From contig OZ024755.1 in assembly GCA_964016885.1 (NCBI GenBank), forward strand, positions 33,542,001-33,606,000: DNA of 64,000 nt, given 5' to 3'. The DNA comes from Eledone cirrhosa (taxonomy: Eukaryota). Positions 1-12,321 of the stretch are shown here, in pieces; the first letter of the stretch is position 1, and each line of letters begins with the position of its first letter. A program made the position numbers and the translations under genes. The notes beneath the pieces were generated by a model. The model did not search any database. It worked only from the letters and a program-made list of their open reading frames with translations, and had not been told where the DNA came from.

Positions 1-41
1 CTATACATCAAAGAATAACAATTGCACCCTTTAACTTTAGC

Positions 42-1515
42 TTAACCCTTTAGCATTCACATTACTCTATATATACTATTGTATTTTCATGGTAAAGGCT
101 TTACCTCACATAATATCTCACATAACATTTACATTACTCTACATATATATATATATACTATTGTATTTTCATGGTAAAGGCTTTACCTCACATAATATCT
201 CACATAACATTCACATTACTCTATATATACTATTGTATTTTCATGGTAAAGGCTTTACCTCACATAATATCTCACATAATATCACACATTACTCTATATA
301 TACTATTGTATTTCCATGGTAAAGGCTTTACCTCACATAATATCTCACATAACATTCACATTACTCTATATATACTATTGTATTTTCATGGTAAAAGCTT
401 TACTTCACATAATATCTCACATAACATTCACATTACTCTATATATACTATTGTATTTCCATGGTAAAGGCTTTACCTCACATAACATTCACATTACTCTA
501 TATATACTATTGTATTTTCATGGTAAAGGCTTTACCTCACATAAAATCTCACATAACATTCACATTACTCTATATATACTATTGTATTTTCACAGTAAAG
601 GCTTTACCTCACATAATATCTCACATAGCATTTACATTACTCTATATATATATATATACTAGTGTATTTCCACAGTAAAGGCTTTACCTCACATAATTAT
701 CTCACATAACATTTACATTACTCTATATATACTATTGTATTTTCACAGTAAAGGCTTTACCTCACATAATATCTCACATAACATTTACATTACTCTATAT
801 ATACTATTGTATTTTCACAGTAAAGGCTTTACCTCACATAATATCTCACATAACATTTACATTACTCTATATATACTATTGTATTTTCACAGTAAAGGCT
901 TTACCTCACATAATATCTCACATAGCATTTACATTACTCTATATATATATATATACTAGTGTATTTCCACAGTAAAGGCTTTACCTCACATAATATCTCA
1001 CATAACATTCACATTACTCTATATATACTATTGTATTTTCATGGTAAAAGCTTTACTTCACATAATATCTCACATAACATTCACATTACTCTATATATAC
1101 TATTGTATTTCCATGGTAAAGGCTTTACCTCACATAACATTCACATTACTCTATATATACTATTGTATTTTCATGGTAAAGGCTTTACCTCACATAATAT
1201 CTCACATAGCATTTACATTACTCTATATATATATATATACTAGTGTATTTCCACAGTAAAGGCTTTACCTCACATAATATCTCACATAACAGTTACATTA
1301 CTCTATATATACTATTGTATTTTCACAGTAAAAGCTTTACCTCACATAATATCTCACATAATATCGAATCTACAAGATTTTGAAAGTACTTATTTTGAGA
1401 ACAATATCTTAACATCAGTTTGAGTGGCCAGTTACAGCCAGTTTGAACAGAAAGAGGTGAGAGAATTCTGGCCGGTTCTGGCCAGTTTTGGCCGGTTCGA
1501 ACATTAAAGGATTAA
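42..1515 (+). mobile_element. piggyBac-like (TTAA) MITE expanded by an internal minisatellite
   Basis: Starts TTAACCCTTTAGCATT at 42 and ends AACATTAAAGGATTAA at 1515, a degenerate inverted copy. Segment 1360-1515 matches the body of unexpanded ~215-bp copies at 10902-11117, 56429-56622 and 62769-62985. Confidence 0.75.
56..1362. repeat. ~72-bp minisatellite, about 18 copies
   Basis: Unit close to CACATTACTCTATATATACTATTGTATTTTCATGGTAAAGGCTTTACCTCACATAATATCTCACATAACATT. It explains the repetitive ORFs at 89-1259. Confidence 0.95.
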
Positions 1516-1837
1516 TGGAATGTATGTAAAACAATTGGGGGAAGATCTAATTGAATATCAACGCTTTCTCTTAAAATAGACTTGCTCTTCTCGGCTTAAT
1601 AAAACACATTGGATATCTTTAGGGAATATCTACCCCATTCCAGAAAGATTCTAACTAGATAAATGTTGCTAAAGATTCAAACATTCCCCAACTGCGTTCC
1701 CCACCACCATCTTCATAGCCATTGTTGGTGTTGACTGTGTTGTTGTCGTTGTTGCTGTTGTCATTATTGCTGTTGTCATTCATTGTTGTTGATATCCTCC
1801 TCCTCCTCTTCTTCATTAGCATTATTATGAGGGCGCT

Positions 1838-2020
1838 GGATTGGCAGTATCGGTGTAGAGGGTCGGACGCCATGCTTTGCAGCACAGAGTTACGGCCCCT
1901 TGCCATTCTGAGTTCAAATCCCGCCGAGGTTGACTTTGCTTTTCATCCTTACGGGGTCGATAAAATAAAGTACCAGTAATGTATTGAGGGTAATTGCTGG
2001 CTTTGTAGAAACAATTATTA
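1838..2020 (+). mobile_element. tRNA-derived SINE, family 1 (Deu/Nin-like core)
   Basis: A-box-like TGGCAGTATCGG, B-box GAGTTCAAATCCC, core TTTCATCCTTACGGGGTCGATAAAATAAAGTACCAG, tail GCTGGC...GTAGAAACAATTATT. About 30 copies in the window. Confidence 0.85.
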
Positions 2021-2024
2021 TGAG

Positions 2025-2680
2025 CATCATTAGCAGCAGCAGCAGCAACAGCAGCAGTAACAGCAGCAGTAACATTAACAGCAGCAGTAACATTAACAGC
2101 AGCAGCAGCAGTAACAGCAGCAGCAGCAGCAGCAGCAACATTAACAACAACAGCAGCAGTAGCAGTAACATTAACAGCAGCAGCAGCAGTAACAGCAGCA
2201 GTTGCAGCAGCAGTAGCAGCAGCAGCAGCAATAACATAATTACAGTCATTGTAACTATCATCATCATCATTGCAATCAATGTCATTACCAGTCACATCAT
2301 CACCATCATCATCATTATAGTCATCACCATCACTACTACCACCACCACCACCACCAGCACTACAACCACCACTACTACCACCACCACAATCACCACTACC
2401 AACACCATCACCACAGTTATCACCACCACCGCCACCACCACTACCACCACCATCACCACCATCTCACCACCACAATCACCACTACCACCACCATCACCAC
2501 AGCTATCACCACCACCACTACCACCACAATCACCACTACCAACACCATCACCACAGCTATCACCACCACCACTACCACCACAATCACCACTACCAACACC
2601 ATCACCACAGCTATCACCACCACTACTACCACCACCATCACCACAATCACCACTACCAATACCATCACCACAGCTATCAA
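2025..2680. repeat. Compound trinucleotide microsatellite (AGC/AAC then CAC/CAT)
   Basis: Directly visible; gives poly-S, poly-T and poly-P pseudo-ORFs. Confidence 0.95.
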
Positions 2681-2684
2681 ATTG

Positions 2685-2840
2685 ACTCCAGTACATTACT
2701 GGTACTTTATTTTATCGACCCCGTAAGGATGAAAGGCAAAGTCAACCTCGGCGGGATTTGAACTCAGATCGTAAAGGGACGTAACTATGCTGGAAAGCAT
2801 GGCGTCCGACCCTTTACCGATACTGCCAATCCAGCGCCCA
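2685..2840 (-). mobile_element. SINE family 1
   Basis: Reverse complement of 1838-2020 (TACTGGTACTTTATTTTATCGACCCCGTAAGGATGAAAGGC...ACTGCCAATCC). Confidence 0.85.
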
Positions 2841-3625
2841 CAAAATAATAATAACAATAACAACATTTAATACTTAAGTTTATTCTGTCTTCAACTAGTT
2901 ATCCAATTTCTTGGCATACTATATATTTGTTGAACATCCACAAATTCTACCAAGATGTGGAAATGACGAATAGGGTAGGGTCTGACTAAATGGAAATAAA
3001 TCACAATCTTTAGCAATGTACGGAATTGTTAAATAAGAAAATTGATCTCTCCACTTCACACCAACTGTTCATATATAACTCTGGTGATTCCAGCATTACT
3101 TTGTCGCCTTGGAAAAAAAGATATTTCTAATGTGAGAGAAATTCTTGACTTCAGTTAGCAGGCAATGACAAGTAACTTGGTAAGAGTAAGAGAGGGAAGA
3201 AAAAGAATTTCTTTATTTCACACTGAATATCCACCCTATGGAAACAAATGAGCTAACATGAACATAACAAGAAAAACAGATAAATACATACACATACGCG
3301 AACATACATGCATGCATGCATAAACACACACATATATATATATATATGTGAGTGTATGTGTATGTGTCGGCAAATTGTGGATGTATTTGATGCTGTACAT
3401 AAAATCTTAATCTAGTGAAACTAAACTCTCGCACAGAGAAAGGAAATAAAAACCTAGTGACTGTTAGCAATTCTATAAAAGGAAGGGAGATAATTTCAAT
3501 GAGTCAAGAACAAATTCATGGTTGAATTAACAAGTTTAAGGGAATCAGTGTTCTGATCCTTGCATGTCTAACTGGGGCAGAGTGGATCTCAGTTTACACA
3601 GAACATAAAGGCATCAGTGCTTATG

Positions 3626-3995
3626 ATTGGTAGAGTGTCAGACACCATGCTTTGCAGCATAGGAGTTATGGCCCTTTACGTTCTGGGTTCAAATCCCGCC
3701 GGGTTAACTTTGCCTTTCATCCTTGCGGGGTTGATAAAATAATGCACAGTAATACACTGGGGGTAATTGCTGGCCTTGTGCCAAAAGTAGACGCATTATT
3801 ATTGGTGGATTGGCAGTATCGGTAGAGGATCGGGCTCCATGCTTTGATGCATAGAGTTACGGCCCTTGCCATTCTGAGTTCAAATCCCGCCGAGGTTAAC
3901 TTTGCCTTTCATCCTTGCGGGGTTGATAAAATAATGCACCAGTAATACACTGGGGTAATTGCTGGCCTTGTGCCAAAAGTAGAAACAATTATTAT
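3626..3995 (+). mobile_element. Two tandem SINE family 1 copies
   Basis: Two consecutive head-core-tail units at about 3626-3800 and 3826-3995. Confidence 0.85.
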
Positions 3996-4263
3996 TGTAC
4001 CGTCCTGTATTGTCCTGCACTGTCTGTCCTTAATGTCTACTTTATGTAAACCCTTGTAGTTAATAAAGAAAACATTATTAGACTCTGCTTTGTTCTACAC
4101 CTCTATACTTACTGGAAACTATGCATAGAGTGCTCACTCTGGTGATCCTAAAGTAACTGGACGTTACATTCCATATATATATATATATATATATACATAT
4201 GTCCCAAGGCTCTGAAACCATCAACACCAAAAACACAGAGCTGGCATATCTAAGAACTGACTA

Positions 4264-4319
4264 ACTGCCTGATGAGGTCATAGCCATTCAATGGCTATCA
4301 TCGAAATATATATAGCAGT
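4264..4319 (+). ncRNA. Minimal type I hammerhead ribozyme
   Basis: Stem I ACTGC/GCAGT; core CTGATGA (4269-4275); stem II ATAGCCAT-TCA-ATGGCTAT; GAAA (4303-4306); short palindromic stem III TATATA with an AUA triplet. Confidence 0.75.
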
Positions 4320-4611
4320 AAATAAAGGATTATGAGTTCATGCAATTGACTTATGTTTCGTCACTATATATATATATATAACGAAGGAAATGTGGTAAGG
4401 AACCAGGTGGACCATAACGCACCAAAGTACTCAATGCTAGTAGAGTGGGTAATAGGAACGAGTAGGACCCCGACGGCTGAGATCAAGCCGTTTCGACGGC
4501 TAATTCTTGGAAAATGTGTGAGATCCTTGGTACAGTTAGGTATATTTGAAAAAAAGGAAAAGAAATGACTTCACTTGTAGTGTTAAATAATTTGATTTAA
4601 TTTTATATTAT

Positions 4612-4775
4612 AATTGTTTCTACATTTGGCACAAGGCCAGCAATTAACCAGTACATTACTGGTACTTTATTTTATCGACCCCGTAAGGATGAAAGGCAAA
4701 GTTAACCTCGGCGGGATTTGAACTCAGATCTTAAAGGGATGTAACTATGCTAGAAAGCATGGCGTCCGACTCTCT
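4612..4775 (-). mobile_element. SINE family 1
   Basis: Same core and B-box in reverse orientation. Confidence 0.85.
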
Positions 4776-4810
4776 AATTTTATATTATAATATTATGCCA
4801 ACTCATAATA

Positions 4811-6411
4811 TCTATATATCTAAAACAGAGAGTATCTGTCAGTCTGTCTGTCCGATCCCTAAAACTCGAGAACCACCTAACCGATTGTTTTCAAACTTTA
4901 CACATGTAATACTTATGGTCCTGTGAGTGTTTTGAACAAAATAAATTTCAAATTTTCAATGCCCTAGGGACCGCATTAGTGATCTCTCTCTCTCTCTTAG
5001 TCTTTCTCTTTTTAGATAGATACATATATATAACGTTGTGCCCTTATAATATCTGTCTGTATGTCTGCATTACAACATTATGACGCAGTGTGTGTGTGTT
5101 CGTGTGTATATATGTATGTAATCCCAAAATAAATGGATAATCCAAGTGGATTTCCATTGAGAAGGGGACTCTCGTCAGAAGGTTCTTCTCGCTCGGAGAA
5201 TATAAAATTCCCGAGTTCAAATCACAAACTGATGCCATATAAAACTGTTCCTGGATGAGAGTGAATTAGGAAAGAAACAAATTTGTCTAGTGCCGTGTGT
5301 AAAGACAGAAGGCAAGGGTGGACAGGTCAATGTCCTGCTACTAGAAATAGCAGCAATTCAAACGACCAAATCTTATCTCAACCTTAGGGGAGATTAATAA
5401 TAATAAAGTATGTGGTCCTACGTGTAAAAAATACATATAGGGATACAAGTATTATCCAACCATATGCCAATGTGGTTCTAGAGCAGCTTAATAAATTAAC
5501 GAGCCAGAACATAAAATCAAGGTTTAGCAAATAGAGAAAAAGTTTTTAAATAAATTTTTAAAAGTCTGCTGTACTTACTATATGTACCTAGAGAAGCACC
5601 CAACCGACTGTTTTCAAATTTTACACATGTAATATTTATGTTTCAGGGAATATTCTGAGCAAAGAAAATTTCGAATTTTCAATGCCCTAGGGACCGCATT
5701 AGGCGATTTAACGATCTCTCTCTCTCTATAATTCTTAGTCTTTCTCTTAGATAGATACATACATATAACGTCGCGCCTTTATAATATCTGTCTGTATGTA
5801 TGCATTATGTCACTTCCCTGAGGATGTCTTTGTGTGTGTGTGTGTGTGAGAGTTTGAATCCCTAAAATTGGAGAAGTACCCAACCGATTCTTTTCAACCT
5901 TTACATGCGTATTACTTATGCAAATTAAAAAATGCAATTTTTTTATTTCATTAGGTGAAAAACTATGTTTTTTCAGGTTTTTAGGGTTTATTTGAGGCGT
6001 TACGTCAGACCGATTTCATTGAAATTGTAACTATGTATTAGTCAGTCTCTTCTTCATACCGTGAGCAAAGAAAATCCAACTTGTTTATGACCTAGGGCCC
6101 GCATTAGGTGAAAAACTTCATTTTTTCAGCTTTTTAGGGCTTTTTGGAGGTGTTACGTCTAGCCGCTTTTCCCAAAATTTCAAGGCATATTATGCACATA
6201 AAAAAAATTAATTTTTTTGATTCCCTAGAGCCTGCATTAGGTGAAAACCTACATTTTTACTGCTTCATCGAGGATAATCCAGCCATCAGAGTATTCGGTT
6301 TATTTTCTTTACATATTGTCTAGGCATGCAGTTTTTCCACGATTAGGTCTGTTGGCGGCCCGCGTTGTTCCGAAATACCTTATCCCGTGCAATGCCGGGT
6401 ACCGCTGCTAG
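4811..6411 (+). mobile_element. Non-autonomous Helitron
   Basis: 5' TC (A|TCTATATATCTAAAACAGAG); 3' hairpin CCCGTGCAATGCCGGG followed by CTAG|T; inserted between A and T with no TSD. Internal modules (GAGAACCACCCAACCGATT...CCTAGGGACCGCATTAGG) are repeated. Confidence 0.75.
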
Positions 6412-6611
6412 TAATATAATAAAATTGAATTGTTTAGAACTACAAGTGAAGTCATTCTTTTCCTTTTTTCAAATATATATATATATCCAAAATGGCTGAC
6501 TGAATACGTATAAGTATTTTTTCTCCCCCCCCCCCCCACCCCCCACCCACCCACCCCCAATCCTTCCTCTTCTCACTCTCTTCTTTCTATTTATCTTCTA
6601 TTTCTAACTAT

Positions 6612-6648
6612 CCTCTGATGAAAAACTAGTGCTCGAAATGTTAAGACT
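6612..6648 (+). ncRNA. Degenerate hammerhead ribozyme motif
   Basis: CTGATGA-AAAACTAGTGCTC-GAAATGTTA. Both core boxes are present but stems I and II are poorly paired. Confidence 0.35.
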
Positions 6649-7881
6649 CTTTTCCTGCTATTTCAAACATTAAACTAATATATTTCTTCAATGTACTGTG
6701 TCGTTTACTTTGTTATTTCTGTTTACCTTTTGCCTACCTACATATGTGAGTGGGTGCATGTTTGTTTTATGCAGTTTCATTCTACCTCCCTTCAGAACTC
6801 AAAGCTATTCTACCACCATATTGAAACAGATTTTGCTATACAAGGAACACCACTATTGCATTTGCACAAGATCTCTCAACGCTTGATGCCGAGTTTCACT
6901 TACACATGAATTTCCTCGCCTTGGCTACCAATATATGAAACAAACTTATGCAGCTGCAATCAGAACCACCTTAGCTAATGGAGTACAAACTTTCAAGAGT
7001 TAAGTGCACAAATATTTTTTTTATTACTTTCAACCTTGATAACGCAGTGAACCAGTAATTAGTTAGTTGAATCTTTCTTTGAAAGTCAATGTCCAATGAG
7101 ACTATTGTTCAGAAAATGTATTAATCTATAAAAATATTTATGTTATCGGAGATATAAAGTATTTGGTAGACAAACGATTTATAGAGGACAAGAGTTGTTG
7201 AATAAACAGTAGTTAAAATAGAAGTTATGCCATGAATTAGAGGCTAACATTTTATTGAAAACATTATTTTTTACTTTGCAGTGCAGCATTTGATCTAGGG
7301 CTCTACATTCTGAGTTCAAATCTGGTTAAGGTCAACATTGCCTTTCATCCTTCCAAGTTTGATAAAATAAGGTACCGATAGAGAATTGGGATCAAATTAA
7401 TTGAATCCCCTTTATCACAAAATTGCTGGGCTTCTGCCCATTTACTATATTTCTGATAAAAATAAACTGTATTTCAATTAATCAATGAAGAATTTGGACT
7501 GATTTACTAAAATTATTTCAATTATTAAGATGGAATTAGGAACAAACTAAAAATATTCTTAGATAAAATTACATTGGAAGATAACATTCTAAACAGTTGG
7601 TTTTGTTTCATAAAACCAGAAGTGGTTTTGGGCAAGTTGGTATCAGAAGGGTTGAATCAGAAACTGTTGTTCTTTTATTCAACTTACAAACAAACTTTCC
7701 TTCGGTTTTCATTTCTAATTCAATTTTTAAAATATAAAAATATTCTTTTTCGTTTTCCTGAAAATGTTTTGTAAAAGAGAAAAAAGTGAAAATTGTTTCT
7801 GAATGGTAAACAAACATCACTTGTCCCAAACTCAAATTGAAGGCAGGACAAAATAAACAATTATTCATCATCAACTCACAG

Positions 7882-8119
7882 CAGGCCACTACCTCCCTAC
7901 AGACAACTGATGCTGTACACCAGGTCCGAACACAGAGGAACCAAACTCCGACTGTCATTGCCTCCATCTCTCTCAACCTCCCCATCTCTCTGTATGGAAT
8001 GGAGAAGCCATGGAATGGAGAAGCCGTTTCCCCGGAGGATGGTAAGGGAGATATGCTGGAAGAGCCATTCCATCCTGCGGGGCTCACACCTGCGGCTGGC
8101 CAGCTCAGCGCCTATGGTG
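7882..8119 (+). other. Possible coding exon (unassigned)
   Basis: Non-repetitive, GC-richer island with acceptor CTCACAG (7881) and canonical donor G|GTAAGT (8120). Open in two frames; no recognisable homology. Confidence 0.3.
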
Positions 8120-8351
8120 GTAAGTAGAGAGGTAGCCCTTGCCAACACTGCTCATTACTCTGTTAATGATTCTACTCTTCCATAAAACTCTAGAATTCAG
8201 TTCAATATGTAACTCGTATATTAAATTTACTGGTGTTAAATTCTCATCCGGTACTTAGATGAAGAAGATTCCAGCTTTGACCTTTTATGCAGACAGTTTT
8301 TGTATGGACTACAGTGTTTGGAACATAATATTGTTTACAATAATAATATTA

Positions 8352-8628
8352 ATAATAATTGTTTCTACTTTAGGCACAAGGCCAGCAATTACCCAGTGCA
8401 TTACTGGTACTTTATTAGTAATGCACTGGGTAATTGCTGAATAATTGTTTCTACTTTTGGCACAAGGCCAGCAATTATCCCAGTGTATTACTGGTACTTT
8501 ATTTTATCGACCCTGTAAGGATTGAAAGGCAAAGCTAACCTTGCCAGGATTTGAACTAAGACCATAAAGGGCCGTAACTCTTTGCTGCAAAGCATGACGT
8601 CTGCCCCTCTACCGATATTGCCAATCCA
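8352..8628 (-). mobile_element. SINE family 1: a truncated fold-back copy plus a full copy
   Basis: Tail AATAATTGTTTCTACTTTAGGCACAAGGCCAGC occurs twice; the first copy ends in an inverted repeat. Confidence 0.8.
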
Positions 8629-8877
8629 ATAACAACTATAATGATGGCAATAATAAAAAAAAAGGGAAACAAAAGGAAAGAAAGAACGGAAATATAGAGA
8701 AAAAAGAAAGAAAAAAGAAAAAAAACAGGAAGGGGATGGCAAGAGCTCTGGTGTCGCAGAAGAGAAGGGAGGGTCATTTGGCATTGGCCCTAGGGCAAGA
8801 TGGCAGAAGTGCTGCACCTCACGGACAAGACCGCAAAAGCATTCACCCGGACGATGACCAGTGACACCCGCTGCAAC

Positions 8878-9120
8878 CGCCACCCAACCTCACGGGGCTC
8901 CCTCTCAGATGGACCGCCGATGATGACCGCCACCCAACCTCGCGACGCTCCCTCCTCAGATGGGCTGCCGACGACGACCGCCACCCAACCTCGCGCAGCT
9001 ACCTCCTCAGATGGGCCACCGACGACTGCCACCCAACGTCGTGGGGCTACCTCCTCAGATGGGCCACCGACGACTGCCACCCAACCTCGCGGGGCTACCT
9101 CCTCAGACGGGCCACCGACA
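8878..9120. repeat. GC/CpG-rich 48-51 bp tandem repeat, ~5 copies
   Basis: CACCCAAC(C) recurs at 8881, 8931, 8982, 9030 and 9078 with CCTCCTCAGATGGGCCACCGACG. Confidence 0.85.
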
Positions 9121-9877
9121 CTCCGATCTTGCGGATGAACTCAGCAGTAAGGGGTCCCCAAGTACGCCTGAGGTCTCAACGGCGACTGATGCAAAGAGGA
9201 CTACATTATCAAATGTGTCTTTTTAAGGCAGCTGTGTGTGATTAGATAGAAATATTAGCAGGGATTCACTGCATAGAGATTTCATGTTAGCTCATGTCAG
9301 ATTTATATCTATGGCAGTGATTTGTATCAGCAAAATACAATTAAATAAAACGCAAGAATTGAAGTATATTAGTATGCTCTGAAGAGAAATATCCAGCTTT
9401 TAGATAGATATTTCATATCCAGTCGACATCGTAATCTATATCAGACAATAGCCTCTGTCTTAAACTTCGATTAGACCTCTGTTCTATTATAATATACAGT
9501 AAAAACAAAGATAAGCCTATTGCCTAAGTATAGTGATGAATCATATTTGTCAACAGGATAAGACACTCGTAGTTCAATTAATTATATTTACTTGATTAAT
9601 CCATTTAAACTAAGCTTAGTTAAATTTAATCTAACTTGGTTTAAAGCCGAAACGTTAAGTAATTGAAACATTAAACCTCACTACTTTTTAGGTTCAATAG
9701 ATAACAAGAAGCTCAGTGACAGCATGTTAAACTAATATAAAAGATAAGTCATGATTTGAGTTTAGACTACATATTATAAGTTTCACATTTCATTAATTTT
9801 ACCAAACATTTAATTTCTCTCGACATCCCTCTCTTTCTTTCTTTATACACATTACATGCACACACTCACACACAGAT

Positions 9878-9970
9878 CATCATCATCATTTTACGTCCGC
9901 TTTTCCCTGCTTGCAAGGGTGGGACGGGTCCTATTCAGCACGGCATCTCTCCATTTGTCACGGTCCTTCG
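9878..9970 (-). mobile_element. RTE LINE family A, 3' tail
   Basis: Encodes KDRDKWRDAVLNRTRPTLASREKRT followed by an (ATG)n tail. Confidence 0.85.
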
Positions 9971-10103
9971 ATGTATATACAAATGTGTATGCAAGCACAT
10001 GAAGAAACAAACCTCCCACATATCTCAGATCTGTACAGAGATGCTGAATTGACAGTCTCATGCAATGTGAACAATCACAAGCTGTTATAATAGTGTGACA
10101 CAC

Positions 10104-10372
10104 ATCATCATCATCATCATCATCATCCTCATTTTACGTTCGCTCTTCCCTGCTTGCAAGGGTGGGACGGGTCTTATTCAGCACAGCATCTCTCCACTTG
10201 TCACGGTCCTTCGTCATCGCCACTGTGAGCTTCAGCGATCTGAGGTCTGTTCTCACCACCTCTGCCCATGTTTTTCGTGGTCTACCTCTACCACGTCTTC
10301 CTTCAACTGGTATTTCCTGGCACTTCTTCACCCATCGGTCATCCTCCATGCGCATCACATGTCCATACCAAA
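10104..10372 (-). mobile_element. RTE LINE family A, 5'-truncated
   Basis: WYGHVMRMEDDRWVKKCQEIPVEGRRGRGRPRKTW, an RTE C-terminus, plus an (ATG)n tail. Confidence 0.9.
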
Positions 10373-10611
10373 ACACCTGTTTTGTATATCTGTACGAAAC
10401 GAGAGTAACACCAAAGGTATTCACCAGACGTAATTCCAAACTAGCAACGAGAGACCACAATAAGACTCCATACACATAGTTCCCATAACAGTTCACTTCA
10501 GTTCTTAATTATAGAGTTTCGCCTAGTCCACTTTTAGCTATGTAGGGGTATTCAGGAGTATTTTCCCACAACATAAGTTGAACAATTTTAGAAAAAAAAC
10601 CTGATAGGCAC

Positions 10612-10723
10612 ATCCAACAAGTTTGGCTCAAATATCCAACATGTTTGGCTCAAATATCCAACATGTTTGGCTCAAATATCCAACATGTTTGGCTCAAATA
10701 TCCAACATGTTTGGCTCAAATAT
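10612..10723. repeat. 22-bp tandem repeat, ~5 copies
   Basis: AATATCCAACATGTTTGGCTCA repeated. Confidence 0.9.
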
Positions 10724-10901
10724 ATCTATCTTCCATATTACAGAGAGCCATGATCAGGTCACCAAATATTATTCATAAGAACATCAGAGGTTCACTGTAA
10801 ATGAATTCAGAGGACAGTATAATATAATCATATGTTGCAAACTCCGCATCTCTCTTCCATTTTATTTAGAAACTTACGAATCAAGGATATTCCTGCCTCA
10901 G

Positions 10902-11117
10902 TTAACCTTTTAGTATTTAAACAAGCTGTTTTCGGCCAGAATTCTCTCACCTCTTTCTCTTCAAACTGGCTGCAACCAGCCACTCATACTTATGTTAAGG
11001 TATTGTTCTCAAAATAAATAATATCAAAATCTCATAGATTCGATATTATGTGAGATAAAGTGTTTACCATGAAAATACATTAGTAAATATAGAGTAATGT
11101 AAATGGTAAAGAGTTAA
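10902..11117 (-). mobile_element. piggyBac-like MITE, unexpanded copy
   Basis: TTAACCTTTTAGTATTTA ... TAAATGGTAAAGAGTTAA termini; interior homologous to 42-1515. Confidence 0.75.
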
Positions 11118-11419
11118 ACCCAGGTTAATGTTGATAAATCCTCTTCATACCTCAGTGTTGCTGTTAACTTCACCTGTTTGAAAAATTGCGTATCCAGAAG
11201 AAACCAGCAGGATTCTTCAAGAAGAGATTATCTTATTCTGCCATTACAGAGGAACCTTTTTCTCAACCAACTAACTCAGAAATGACAGAAAGTAATATTA
11301 GGCAGGATAAAGGACTTACTTTACAAATGAAAATTAATCTTAACACAACTTTCTCTGCTAGATTGTACAACACCATGCAGTGATTTACATTATTCTTTAT
11401 GATTTTCATGATGTGACCT

Positions 11420-11845
11420 GGCCTAACCAATGGAAATCCAGCTTACCAGCATCTAATAAGGAACCACATTTCAAGCCAAACACAGCCAAAACATTTAAAG
11501 GAATTAGCTACATGGAGCTAAAGGTGAGCGAGGCATTTCCCCCTGGAGCAGATACAAACTTTGCAGTGTGGAAATGCCTAAACAGACTAAGACCTGGTGG
11601 TGGATGTGCAAAAATCACTCTTGCAAAATGGGGATATTTAAAGGATGGGGATGTTGTGTGTGACTGCAGCATCGAATCACAGACTAGGCAGCACCTCCTG
11701 ATATGCCCCCTGCTGGAACACCCCTGCACAGCACTGGACTTGGCAGAGTTTAATGATAAAGGACAGCAATGTGTTCAGCTGTGGTAGATCCATATCTAGC
11801 CAAGCTTTGTTATTGACACTCTTGTGGACACGAAAAGAAAGAAAG
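11420..11845 (+). mobile_element. Ingi/Vingi-like LINE 3' fragment
   Basis: PPG...WKCLNRLRPGGG...KWGY...CDCSIESQTRQHLLICP (C-terminal CCHC knuckle); ends GGACACGAAAAGAAAGAAAG. Confidence 0.7.
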
Positions 11846-11904
11846 CTACATGTCTAGGGATCTCTAAATAAATACTGTGGGAGTCCTGAACGGCTGGTCT
11901 ACAA

Positions 11905-11945
<41 letters not shown>

Positions 11946-12202
11946 TAGTCTCACATTGCTCCAGCCAATGCTAGCAGGGAAAGCGGACATTAAAATGATG
12001 ATGATGATGAATGATAGTCTTTTGTGGTTTTACTAATTTCAATCATTGGACTGCAAAAATGAAGGGTTACCAAAGTAAGGGTTTAGATACTTATATCACC
12101 CTCAGTACATAATGTTTCAAGTCTAACACTTATTTTATCAATCTCTATTTGTCAAACTTCTAGGTTAAGAGACATAAACACAGAGTAGTGGTTTTAAATG
12201 TA

Positions 12203-12203
12203 A

Positions 12204-12234
<31 letters not shown>

Positions 12235-12286
12235 TACATACATACATACATACATACATACATACATACATACATACATACATACA

Positions 12287-12320
<34 letters not shown>
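12203..12320. repeat. (CA)n/(TACA)n microsatellite
   Basis: Directly visible. Confidence 0.95.

Positions 12321-12321
<1 letters not shown>

Noticed and set aside
89-1259. Repetitive hydrophobic ORFs
   Set aside because: Products of the MITE-derived minisatellite, with frame-shifting units.
1838-1925. tRNA genes at SINE heads
   Set aside because: A/B boxes are present but no cloverleaf is evident, and they are generally followed by SINE core and tail.
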